Shown: positions 50,749 to 63,029 of the stretch, piece after piece | How positions within the stretch are numbered: the stretch's first letter is position 1 | Layout of the letters: each line of letters opens with the position of its first letter | Source of the DNA: Camelus dromedarius | Lineage: Eukaryota | Assembly (NCBI RefSeq): GCF_036321535.1 | Contig: NC_087436.1 | Coordinates: 43,154,001 to 43,218,000 of the forward strand | Reading direction: 5' to 3' | Length of the DNA stretch: 64,000 nt | Translations under genes and position numbers: made by a program | Notes under the pieces: model-generated | The model's database searches: none | What the model saw: the letters and a program-made list of their open reading frames with translations, nothing else | What the model was told of the DNA's origin: nothing

Positions 50749-52390
50749 CTACAACTCAAGTCAAGTGAGAAGTTAGTGCCAGGACAGACCAAACTTCACT
50801 GGTAAGACATCTCACTCAGACATTTCACCATGTCTTCTTAGAATCTCTGGGAAACCCTACCCAAAAGGAAATCATTGCTGCTCCAAACACAATTAATTTT
50901 ATCTCTTCTTGTAGAATGACCTGCTTGGTCACAAAATCTTCCTTAGATTTTTTAAGAGTATGCACTTCCATGAACTTGCTCATTGTTTCCTAGGCATACC
51001 AAAATGTCTCTCAGCTCATTAAGGCTTCAGTTCTCACTTATGTTTAAATATAAACTAGCCCATGGTGCTGAATAAGAAAGAAGTCTAGTCCAGAAGTCCT
51101 AAGACCTAGATTCTCATCCAGAAGCTTTCACTAAGAGACAGTATTTACTCTGGGAACTGTATCAAGAGAAGAAGAATCAAGGATGCTGGGAAGACTTCGT
51201 TCTTACTGCACTCAGCTATCCAGTGGTGGAAATTGCTAGTATTTCCTGCAGGGACAGACTGTGGATAAAGAAGATATTGTAATTTGATTTAAAAAGATGT
51301 TATTCCAGGAAATGTTGCAGACAAGTCTGGGACTTGCATCCAGGACTTCAAAGATGAAATGGGAGTCCAGCAAGAAGCAAACAGTGTGGAGTCTTTGCCA
51401 AATTCTTTTCATTTAAAAACAGGGGGAGGAGACAGCTGGTATAAGGGGCAGGGAGGACATGCTTGAGGAGGCTTGAGAAATCACCCAACCCTAGTGTGTG
51501 GTCAGGAAAATGTTTTCAGTGTTAAGAAAACCAGGCCAAACCATCCTCTTGTAAACAGAAAATTGTCTGTAACCTTAGTGATGAAAAGAGGTATATCTTT
51601 ATAATCTGCCCAGGGGGATGTCATAACAAAGGTGAGGAAGGAAAAGCTAGGCCAGTGTCCAGGGCTAAGAATGAATGGAGAAGACAGAACAGTGTAAGGA
51701 AGAGCTGTTCAAATAAATCCAGCATCTTAAAATTATAAGGAAAAGAGTCTTAAGACGGAGCTACAGGAAGAGATGAAACAGCACTGTATGCATTTCAGGG
51801 AGGTAAGAACTAGATAATAATAGTAATAATATAGTAACAATATAATTATTTTAGTAACAGAACTGGAATTTTAGAAACATTTGCACTTTATAAACTTCCT
51901 TATAACAGAACCTATCCTTATAATGGACCTGAAAGGAAGATATAAAATATATTATTCAACCATTTTTTTAGAGAAAGGAAATTAAGAGGAATTAAATGAG
52001 TTCTCCAGGATTGTCCAAAGTCACTCAGGTATTCAAACAGGACTTGAATTCAGGCATTGGATTCTAAAGACACATCTTTGTCTATACATCCAATATATTA
52101 GTGACAAAACTAACAGGACAAGGGTACTCTCAATAGGCAAGGAGACTGATGACACTTTATAAGATACAACTTTCTCTGAAATATACAGGAGAAAAGAGAG
52201 GAATGGAGAGAATTAACAGTTACAAAAATAAATGGATAGTAAAACAAACAATAACCATCAAAAGACCAAAGAACTTGAGAATAGCTATCATGAACATCTG
52301 TTGTTTTAGGGTTTCCCTTCTTGGACTTCTGCCCAGCTGAATTTGATTGAGGTTGGTATTGCAACTGACACACTCTAAGATGTGTTTTCA

Positions 52391-52971
52391 ACTCTAATTT
52401 GAAAAGATACATGCATCCCAATGTTCACAGCAGCACTATTTACAATAGCCAAGACATGGAAGTAACCTAAGTGCCCATAGACAGATGACTAGATAAAGAA
52501 GTTCTGGTATATATACAAGGGAATACTAATCAGCCATAAAAAAGAATTAAACAATGCCGTTTGCAGCAACATTGATGGATCTAGAAATTAACACTAAGTG
52601 TTAATTACTAAGTTACTAAGTGTTAAGTAAGCCACACAGTGAAAGGCAAATATCATGTCCCTTATATGTGGAATCTAAAAAATGATTCAAATGAACTTAT
52701 TTACAAAACAGAAACAGACTCACAGACATAGAAAACAAATTTATGGTTACCAAAAGGGAAAGAGGGGAGAAGGGATAAATTAGGAGTTTGGGGTTAGCAG
52801 ATACTGTATAGCACAGGGAACTACATTCAGTATCTTGTAATAACCTACAATGAAAAAGAATATGGAAAAGAAAATATGTATGTATAACTGAATCACTATG
52901 CTGTACACCAGAAACTAACACAACATTGTAAATCAACTATACTTCAATAAAAAATAAATAAAAAAAATAAA
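52391..52971 (+). mobile_element. 5'-truncated LINE-1 3' end, same subfamily as the 22050 copy
   Basis: Alignable by eye to 22070-22680; TSD atgtgttttca at 52380-52390 and 52972-52982. Confidence 0.92.
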
Positions 52972-54915
52972 ATGTGTTTTCAGTGAGCAAGAGGGAGAGT
53001 TGGGGCATTGGTGACCCTTTAACCCATAGCTGAGAAGTGGTAATCCTTGACTGGTGATGGCCAAGTAACTGGTTAAATTATCAACTAGTGTCTCTTGGTT
53101 CTTAGACCACAGAGCATTAAGGTACTTATTTTGAAAAACAAAAGTTAAAAAATAAGCTGTCTTGCCCATTTTCTTCAACTTTTGGTTCAGTCCTATTTGA
53201 AAGTGTAAAAGGGAAGAACATACACATTTGGTAAGTCTTTCCACCTGTAATCAGAGATTATGAGATCTTTGAAGATTTCGGTACTTGTTTCCCTGTTGAA
53301 TTGGAAAAGTTGAATTTGCAGCCCCAAGCTAAACCTAATTCAATCCAAGGCAAAGAACTGGGAAAGCACAGAAGATAATATTCATGGGAAGAGCTAAAGA
53401 AAATGTGTGCAGCTCGAACCCCTACGTCTCTTCCAAATATAAGGGGCAATAATTCCCTCATCATGCAGCATCACTGACTGGGACACATCCTTGTCCAGGG
53501 AGAGATGTGCACTGTCCTACCACCACTACTAGTTTTCAAAATTAGGGAGACTTGCTGAGCCTCAACTCCTCTTACCAAAAGACAGAAATAGCAACGGCTG
53601 GAACAAGATTCAAATGCTTGATAAGATTTCTGCTATTAGTTACTAGCTAACAGGATTCCCAGGAACCAGATCTACTGGCAGCTAATGAAAGTTTTAGGTG
53701 AGTTAAGTTTTAAGTAAGTTTAAGCCTGGGGGCCTTGTGATTGCTCCATCCCTAAAGCAAATGCCAGAGCCCCGTATTGTGCCAACAGAACATGGGTACC
53801 TAAAGCAAGAGAGCTCCCAGAAGGGCAGGCCCCAGTGGCCCTCTCGGTTATGTCCATGGAGGACCTGGATGCGAAAGGCCCTTCCTGAGAGCAGGGCCTG
53901 GAGGACAAGCGCGCTGGCCGACCCGCGGACTCAGGCCACGCCAGCCCCTGCTCTCCAGTCTGTCCAGCAAATATATCCTATGCCCTTGACTGGCGAATAG
54001 AGAATGTCACCTGCACTTTTAAAAAAAGAGACATTACTGTGATGATATGACTTTTCTTTCATTATACATTGGTAGTGGGCAAAAATATGACTCAGCCCCA
54101 TGATTATATAACCAGGAGGTATTATTCCTAAGCCCGATAGAGAAGAATACAGACTCCTCAGAGATCTTGACCTTGGAGATCAGTGTAGTAACTGGGTATA
54201 ATTTTTACTATCTCCCCTTTGGGAGAGAGGGAATTGTAGAGCAATAGTATTAGGTTAAGAGAGGGAGTTTTCAAAAAGGCACGCAGGTAGGTATGTATGC
54301 TGGAAACCACGAGGTCAAACAGAGCAGACAGGTGTTTCTTTTTCTGCCCAATACTCCCGTCACCCTTTTTCTGGGAACAAGGGGAAGGGGAAGTGGACAT
54401 CCCACACTCTATGTGGCTCTAGAGAAGCTGCCAATCATCTCACCACCACCCCCGCCCCCGCCATGAATGGGCAACACAATGGCTATGAAGCCTGGGCCTG
54501 AGAGTATATTTTGGCCATAGTGGTCAGCTCAGGTAGGGAAGGTGACCAGCTAGCATCCAGTTCCAATACTCGGTTTGGATGGGAGGGAGAAGAGCTCTCT
54601 TTATATCTGCAATGGGCGATACTGACATCAGCAGAGAAGAGCTAGAAGATACAGAACTAGAGGAGGAACTCTCTTTCTCAGCCTTTCAAACTCTGTGACC
54701 TCAGACAGGCCAGCAAAATCCATAATGTTAGGACCCTGAGCCACCCTACAATATAGGGCTGTTCTCTGTGTTAAATAAGATGATTTGTGCTAAAATGCTT
54801 AGTAAATTATAAACCACCGTAGAAATGTTAACTTCAAGGAATTCCAGGGAAACATTAAAGGGCTAAATGACAATGAAAACTCATGGTAAAAGTATAACTT
54901 AAAATAGAACATGTA

Positions 54916-55055
54916 GGGGGGAGGGTATAGCTCAGTGGTAAAGTACATGCTTAGCACGAACGAGGTCCCAGGTTCAATCCCCAGTACCTCCATTAAATAA
55001 ACAAACCTAATTACCTCCTCCTACTAAAGTAAAAAAAAAAAAAAAAAAAAAAAAA
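54916..55055 (+). mobile_element. tRNA-derived SINE (Vic-1-like)
   Basis: ggggggagggtatagctcagtggt...ggttcaatccccagtacctcc...aacctaattacc followed by an unbroken poly(A). Confidence 0.9.
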
Positions 55056-55074
55056 GTGAAAAGTAAAAACCTTA

Positions 55075-55235
55075 ATTCCTTGATGCTCAAAGCATAATCC
55101 CAGAATCAGAAGCACTGGCATCTCCTGTGAGTTTGTTAGAAATGCCCCACCCTAGACCTACTGAGTTATAATCTGCATTTCAAGAGGATCCCCAGGTGAT
55201 TTTTATGCATAATAAACCTTTGGGTCGCACCACTC
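55075..55235. mobile_element. MER5A-like element
   Basis: gcatctcctgtgagtttgttagaaatgc...ctagacctactgag...tctgcatttcaagaggatccccaggtgatt. Confidence 0.75.
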
Positions 55236-55774
55236 TATAAAGCTATGTAGCATTTCCTGTCCACACAGAAGGATGCTATAGGGAAGGGATTTCAGTTGCA
55301 TCCTATAGGTGGTAGAGCTCTAAAAACAAACAAAAAAGGATGACCCAAAATTTGATATTTAAATAAGGAGGAATAAAATTTTAAGATGTTTATTTATATA
55401 CGTAGACCATGAGACTAAATTTGTTGCAAAAGAGAAATAAAACAGTAGAATTGATGGAATTTCTATGTAGAAAAAATAAATACATAAATGTTATAACTTT
55501 TCAAGGGAAAGAGTCGGTAGCCAGCAGTTTTTGAGATTTCAGATGGTATCTAAAAGGTGTAAGGCGATAACAATAAGTTAAATTGATAACATTAAAAAAT
55601 GGCAGAGATGCATGAAAATGAGTACATTTCCATTAAAAATAGAGTAATTTGATACAGAAAAAGTTAAGCTGTTTCCATTTATATTAAGAGAGATAAATGA
55701 GAAATCCTTTTATTATTAAGTATGCATTACAAAATATTTCTCAGGAACATTACACAAGTAAAGTTGAAAGGAAA

Positions 55775-56105
55775 TGAGAGTAGGCAGAGCACAGAGGGTT
55801 TTTAGGGCAGTGAAACTACTCTGTATGATGATGGGATAAGGATGCACACATGTCATTACACATTTGTCCAAACACATAGAAGGTACAACATCCAGAGTGA
55901 GCCCTAACGTAAGCCACGGGCTTGAGGGATGGCGATGTATCGATGCAGCAGGTTAGTCAGTCCTAACTGTGGACCACTCTGGTTGGGGTGGGGGGTGCTG
56001 ATAACGGGGGAGGCCCTGGGGTTGGAGGCATACAGGAAATCTCTGTACTTTTCTCTCCATTTTGCTGTGAAATTAAGACAGCTTTTTTTAAAAAAATAGT
56101 CTTTA
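55775..56105 (+). mobile_element. Old L1 3' end (L1MC-like)
   Basis: gcacagagggtttttagggcagtgaaactactctgtatgat...catttgtccaaac...ggaaatctctgtactt resembles an L1MC 3'UTR. Confidence 0.75.
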
Positions 56106-57359
56106 AGGGGGGAAAAACAGGGAAACCAGAAAAATGCCAAGACAGGGAGGAATACAGTTTGAATAACAAAAGCACTTAGCATATAAGAGCCTAAAATACG
56201 AATGATGATTACCAAAGAACATAAATTATACTACTTGTACAATGGATAGAAAGGCAGATAAAATCTAAAAACAAGAATAACATCAAGGCTGCCTGTGCAT
56301 CACTGGATTCTGTATGGAGGTCTGTGAGAAAAATGCCACAAAACTCCTAGTCAGAGACTGTTATGAAAGTCTGGAAAGGAGTTTCAAGGTATCTAAGTCC
56401 AGCCTTCTGTTTTAATGATAAAGACCTGGAAGCGAAATGACTTGCCAAAAATGACAATTTGTATGACTCCAGCCAGATGCTTTTATTTCAATATAATACT
56501 ATTTCTAAAATGGACCCACAACAGTTAGATTCAAGCTGAAGTGAGTTCCAGCTTAGGTGTATCAAATATTGAAGAAGGAGAGAAAGTATTGAAATATTCC
56601 ATGAGAATCCCAAAGATTCTAGTACAAAAGAACAGCACAGAAAAGGAAGTAGAAGATACAGATAAAATATCTAAAGTAAACAAAGAAGGTGAAAAAAGCA
56701 ACTGGCAAATTCTTTAAAAGAAGAAAAAAATGAACTTGTGGGAGAATTAGAAACAGGATAATCCAATCACGCAATCTCTAGGGTCAACATTCTTATGTTT
56801 TGGAATGGTGGAAGGGCAGAATGTCTAAATATGGAAATCAGAATAAGAAAAAAAGTAGAATTCATCATAAAAAAGGAGGAAAGTCAAACAAATGAAGGAA
56901 AAACATTAAAACTTTGAATATGATTTGTTTTTATGTAACTAGCAAGGAACGTCTATGGAAATTTGATTGGCTTTGGTGGTAAGAAATGAATTAATATGTA
57001 TGGTATCTATAAAATAGAGGTAAAATGTTAAAATTCAGGCAAATGAATATATACATGGAAGTGCTTTCATAAGTAAAAAAAAAAATTAAAATGTTAGTCA
57101 ATTCCAAATTTCTTAGATGCAAAATTCTACATTTTTTCAAATGTTAATGTTTCTGTGATTAAAGTGCATTTTCCATTGTGTATATTTACTGCACCATTTA
57201 TTTTTTGCCTAAAAAATTGTTACTGAATCAGTGCTTTCACATGTCCTTGGCATTTCACAGTCCTTGGCATTTCCACATAAAGAGAGGAAGAACAGCACCA
57301 TCCCCGGAAGATGGAACTCATGCACACAAGAGAAGAGAACCCCGCACACCAGCACCTAC

Positions 57360-57458
57360 CCTGGCTCTGGCATCGACAAGGGCACCATTTCTCAGGAGGC
57401 ATCGGACCACTTCCACCTGCCCTGCCCGGGCTGCCATGTGCAGTGCAGTCTCCCCACG
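57360..57458 (-). CDS. ANK2: ANK2 exon (~14), 99 nt, [33 protein letters not shown]
   Basis: Acceptor tttcccggcAG, donor AGG|gtaggt. Confidence 0.97.
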
Positions 57459-60282
57459 CTGCCGGGAAACAAACATTGTTGAATCATAAGTGAACCCACT
57501 GCTTTGGATGGCATAGAATAAAAATGTGTCTTTTTGTGAAAGACACCAATATAGCCAAAGGTTTTAGCAATCTATGAAAAATCATAATTATTTATAATTG
57601 GTTAGCCTGGAAAAAACAGTTTTGTATCTTCTCCATCTTCAGAAGGATAAAAAAAATGTTTATTTGTTTTATTTTTTCACACTCCATGACAAACCAGAGA
57701 ACTTACCAAAACATTCAGGATACCCTGAGGTTTAATTTCACAATCAGTATGGCATAACCTAAATTACTTTTGGTAATATAAAGCTACCTTTCATCCTTCA
57801 AACCTAAAATCTTGACTATGTGATTACAACTTGATCTCGTTTTCATGAGAAACTCTAGGTACTGAAGAGCAAGTCAACACAGTGCAAAAAAAAAAAAAAT
57901 CACATCATTTGTACCACACATAAGCCATTCTTTTTCAGAATTCAAAATTTGCTCTGGAAACAAACTATTACTTTACATTGGATTTGTCTTTGTGTTATGA
58001 GACTAGATAAAGGCTGTCCATATGAGAAATCCGATTTGCCCCGGAGGTCCCCTACTTATTACTGATGAGCATATTTAATTACAGACAGTTATTTGAGAGA
58101 TGAGTGAAGCAAGTTAACAGTGCCATCTGTTGAGATGGGCAGCAATGAGCATCAGGTCCTTCCTCAAGTGTGTTTGTGCTGCATCAAGGAAGACACTCTT
58201 ATCAGGGAAAGGTAGCTTAATCTGCAGCATGAAGGATGATGGTTAGACGTAAGAGAACTTTCTCCCTGGGAAGCCTGTTAATAACTGCCTCTAAGAGAGA
58301 GAATTTTTTTTTAATCAACACATTTTAAAACTACATATAATTCTGCAGAAGTCAGGGGTTCATTTTTTCAAACAATTTTACAGTTACCAAAGAATAAGAC
58401 ACTGGAATAAAAGTTAGTTTAGTCACCACTATGCTAGAAAGTAAGTTTGATTTCAACCAGGAAAAGCAAACTACTCCAAATAAACTCAGTTGATCTCAGT
58501 GTTGGGTGTGGTAATTGGATAACATGTGACAAATTTCAAGTGAGTAATTCCTTCTGATTCCTTGCACAATAAACCCTTAAACCTAAAAGATTTAAGACAA
58601 ACTTCAGTTTGGTGCCTGGCTCACAGTTCACTTTTTGCTAGTATTCAAAGATCCATTTCTTATGAAATTATGAGAAATTCATTCCCAATGATCTGACATG
58701 GAAAGCACTAAGCTGGACATCTATTCTCCTTTTCTCCTTTTCGTTGATGATTCAGTTATTCTCTAGTGGCCTTATTTTCTGACGATGTCTTTTGACTTTT
58801 GTAAAGTAAACGTATTTGGAGTATGTTACTACATAAAATAACATCGGAACAGCAGTATCTGTTTTCAGACTTTGGATGGATGGCAAAATTTTTCCTCTTC
58901 AGACAACCATGATCTCTAACTTTTCTGTATCACTTAAAACCTGTCTCTAAATAGATGAAGCCCAATCTTCTATTAAAAAACAAAAACAAAAACTCTCAAA
59001 TTTTTATTCCATTTCTAAGCCATAACAGTACAGCAATTTTACTAATTTTGGTAGAAATGAAGACAAAAATGTTTCCTTATAAGACGTTAAAGTCAGAGGT
59101 CTCAGGAGTACCTACTCAATGACGAATTTATATGTTTACTTTACAAGCCAAGCTTTATTAATAAGAGGTTTCAAAATGTAAAATAATTTCCAATACCAGT
59201 CTTAATATTTCCCATACTCTTAACTTACACTTAAGTTATTTTTATGGTGTTTACACATTTGAAATTTATGAGTTGGATATAAAACCTAAAGTACTAAACG
59301 TAATATTCAAAGAAAAGTTATACATATATACATGCAAATGGTCTCTCCATTTTAAAACAACAGTCTTGTTCAATTCTTATTTAATGACTTTTGTGTAATT
59401 GACTTTTATTGTAAATCGCCCTCACCCTTTTAAAGTTATATTACCCACATTTATACATAAGTATAAATAAGAAAATGAAAGAGGGTGTGTATTATTTTAA
59501 TCAATTACTTTCATTTCTTGGTTATTGGGCACCTCATCTTATTCAATACCCGTGTTTTCCTTATCTGAAGCTAATTAACTTTAAGGATTAGGGGAAATTC
59601 TTAAACATAACATGTAGTGTGAACTGAGCCATGAATCCACTGATTTGCTGTAAGAAGAGAAAAATGTGGTAGTCCCCCACACTGCACTCTGAACAGCCCC
59701 AAAAGTGCTTGGTTAGCTACTCCCATGGTTGTCAGTGAATACTTTGGATTATGGATGTATTACAACTGGCAGTTCAGCTTTCTAGGTTTTAAAGTGCATT
59801 TGTGAGCTTTCTGGAAAGGGCACTTTGTGGTAATAATAACTGCACATGACTGAGGTACTGGTACGCTTCATACCTGGAGTGAGTTTTGAGACAAAAACAA
59901 GACTGGCAAGAGAATGGGTATGCTCACGTCCAAAGCAGGTACTAAATTTCATGCCACTCTTCCCAGTTGTTAAAACCAACTCTGCCCACAGCTACAGTGA
60001 CTTCCACTTTGGCTGCATCAGTTGGAAAGCATCAAAGCACAACAGATAGCATTGCATTCAAAAATGCAACATGGTTTCAGGCAACACGCAAAGGCTCCAA
60101 GGGTTGGGGACTTCGGGATCAGGAAATGACCAACTCTGACACAGCAAGCAGGCAGTCAGCATTCACACGGCTCCTTAATCAACCTGCAAAGAGTTTTGGA
60201 TCCAATAGCTGTATCCTCACATTCTGAGAATACACCAATCACAGGCATCCCGCTGCTAAAGAAAGTTAAATTCCTCTAAATT

Positions 60283-60478
60283 TAGGGTTGCCAGATTTAA
60301 CAAATAAAAATACAGGATGGCCAGTTAAATTTGAATTGCAGAGAAACAAAGAATAATTATTTTACTATAAGTGTGTCTCAACTATTGCATGGGACATACT
60401 TATACTAAAAACAATTATTCATTGTTTATCTTAAATTCAGATTTAACTGGGAATCTTGCATTTTATCTGGCAACTCTA
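60283..60478. mobile_element. MER53-like palindromic hAT MITE
   Basis: TIRs tagggttgccagat...atctggcaactcta with extended internal inverted symmetry (ccagttaaatttgaatt / aattcagatttaactgg). Confidence 0.88.
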
Positions 60479-61147
60479 TACGGTATCTGCTCCCTGAAGG
60501 ACACATCATACAAAAATTAAAATGAACAAACAAAAACTAAGTAGGAAACACATTGAGGAGAGGTGCCTCTCAAGTAATTGTTTTGAGGGGGATGAAGTGA
60601 AGGAGTATGTAATGGACAAATGAGAAGATAAACAAAATGAAAAACTTTAAAATGACCAACAGGTGGAAGTTAAGGTTTAACACAGAAATTGCCAAATCTG
60701 GGAGTATTTAAGAACGTAAAGGATGTCAGCATTTTGATTGTTATTATTAATGTTTTGTTTATTTTTATTTGAAGATCTATATGTAACCTATATAGCTTTT
60801 TTTGTGAAGAAGAACATATCAATATGGAACAAATCCATCATCATCAGATAATCTGGAATTAGTCAGTTAAGAAGCAAAGTAAGAGTGCCACAGAATCACA
60901 CAAACATTTTATGTGCACTTTCTTTGATGATTTTGCAAAAATCTCCCCTCTGAAAGATTAACACAGGGGATTTCAATTGAGCATTGCATAGAATAGACTC
61001 GTCTATGTGATTATTATAACATGATAACACAATTAAACATAGTACCACCATTGCTTCTATGATTCTGTAGGCACTGGAATGCAAAGAAGCAAAATACAGT
61101 ACAGTGGGAAAGTATTCAGAGAACTTCCTTCAAAAGGTACTGGTTTA

Positions 61148-61300
61148 GGGGGAAGGTATAGCTCAGTGGTAGAGTGCTTGCCTAGCATGTACAAGGTCCT
61201 GGGTTCAATCCCCAGTACCTTCATTAAAATAAGTAAATAAATAAACCTAATTACCCCTGAAAATTTTTTTTTAAAAGTGTAGATCTCAATTTAAAAAAAG
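61148..61300 (+). mobile_element. tRNA-derived SINE (Vic-1-like)
   Basis: Same head with A and B boxes and the same aacctaattacc 3' motif as the other copies. Confidence 0.88.
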
Positions 61301-62568
61301 GGAACATCTCTGAACAGAAAAAGGATGCCACTGATTTCTTTTGAAGTTTGAAGAAGTGACTACAAGTTAAACTCAAACTGGAATGTTGTGAAATTCCTCT
61401 TATCCTTAATAGAGTAGTTAAAATTAGCACATAATATTATTACTTTAGGATCAATAAGCTGCAATTTGGGGAACACACATAGACTACACTTCAATTCTTT
61501 AATGGTGTTATACTCTGACTGTAAGTACTATGAAGAGAGAGTATTAAATCATATTTAAAATCAAATAATTTCACATGGATTTTTTTCCACGGATCAGAAA
61601 AGTCAGCACAGAAACTGTAAGATACAAGGAATGACAGAGTGAGAGGGAATACGAATCAAAAATGAAACTGAACATTCCGTTTCACAACTCAAATGGAATG
61701 GGATACCAAAAATTAGCAATACTAAATCAACTGCATTTGGAAATATGATTCATTTTAATGAGCACTAACATTTATTTAGGGAGAGTTATTTCTGCTAAAT
61801 AATTTTAAAAAATCTCAATCTTCCAGTGGGTCCTGGTGAGCTTCAAATACATGATTGCATCTTGTGCAGAGCAAATTCTCTTGCTCAGGAGAAAATCTGT
61901 GTTCAATTATCAAGATTTAAATGGGCACCCTCCAAGAAAATGAGAGAAATACAAAGAAACAAGAAGGAAAAAATCCTAATTTAGATTAAGTAGAAGAATT
62001 CTGGAATATCTAATATTTATTGGCAGTACAAAACTTGTCTGGAGACCAACATGGATTTCAGGATACATGAAAAAGTTGCAAGGCATAACCTTGTGGCAAA
62101 CAAAATCAAATCAAAAAGAAAAATCAAAGTAAAGTTAAAGTGTGGCAAATCCACGTAATTGAAGGAGAATTTGATATTAAGTTAAAAAAAAATCTCCTAA
62201 TTTTGATATATCTCTGGTTAATCATTTGATATCACTGACTTAATATTTTAACTAAAATTACCTGGAATACAATTCACTCAAGCAAGTAGAGTAAGCCCTG
62301 AAGATTTTATTCCAATCAATCATTTATTCAAGTTCAAGTACATTTGTAAAATGTATTTTTTTTAATAAGTGGATTTAAGATGCATGCAGATGTTCAATTC
62401 ATCTGTACCTTCAGGAAGCTGGAACAGTCTTACTCCACAACTTCCATTTTATTTTTTTAAAACATTTCTTACCCCAGGGAGGGTCTTTTCAGCGATGTCC
62501 TAGCAACTGTTTCAATAATATGTTATCATGGGGGCTCTTCTCAAAGCTTGGCTGCTGAGCTTTGGTCA

Positions 62569-62597
62569 GACACACACACACACACACACACACACAC
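62569..62597. repeat. (CA)n microsatellite, read as (UG)n in the pre-mRNA ~70 nt after the exon ~13 donor
   Basis: Direct read. Confidence 0.9.
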
Positions 62598-62667
62598 CCC
62601 TACACACACCCGCACGCTTCCTCTCGCTCTTCCTCCCTGTGGTTATTCTGACCCAAGCCATACTCAC

Positions 62668-62766
62668 AATGTTAGTGACATCTGGAGAGGCTCCGTTCTG
62701 CAGCAGAAGGAGGACAATGTTCAAGTGGCCCATGAAGGCAGCCACATGTATTGGTGTGAGGCCAGA
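62668..62766 (-). CDS. ANK2: ANK2 exon (~13), 99 nt, [33 protein letters not shown]
   Basis: Acceptor gtttcgcAG, donor ATT|gtgagt, phase 0/0. Confidence 0.97.
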
Positions 62767-62930
62767 CTGCGAAACAAAGCAACAGCGGTTTTACTCCCCT
62801 GCACCAGTGGGGCTCTGGGGCTTCTTCAGATAAACAACACTTGAGTGAAGAGGACAGAAGATGGGCGGAAGGAAAGGGGAGAAGGAGCAAGAGCAGGAAT
62901 GTTTCATGACAAGCTGAAACATTTTTCTAC

Positions 62931-63029
62931 CTCTGTTATAGCTTGGATTGAAGCCCCATATTTCACCAGCAGTTCCATGACTTTGATGCGGTTTTTCTTG
63001 CAGGCAATGTGCAGTGGAGTAAAACCATT
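62931..63029 (-). CDS. ANK2: ANK2 exon (~12), 99 nt, ANK repeat [33 protein letters not shown]
   Basis: Acceptor gactaac...ttttgcacAG, donor GAG|gtagaa, phase 0/0. Confidence 0.97.

Larger units (their letters stand above)
1513..63029 (-). other. ANK2: Ankyrin-2 (ankyrin-B) gene, internal portion; gene extends beyond both window ends
   Basis: Spliced exons give one open frame from [33 protein letters not shown] to [15 protein letters not shown]. Linker peptides ([69 protein letters not shown]) match ANK2 as I recall it, not ANK1 or ANK3. Span runs from the first to the last exon seen. Confidence 0.97.

Noticed and set aside
54916..54995. tRNA-like sequences (also at 28885, 33250, 41790 and 61148)
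   Set aside because: They are SINE heads with A-rich tails and, in two cases, clear TSDs; not tRNA genes.
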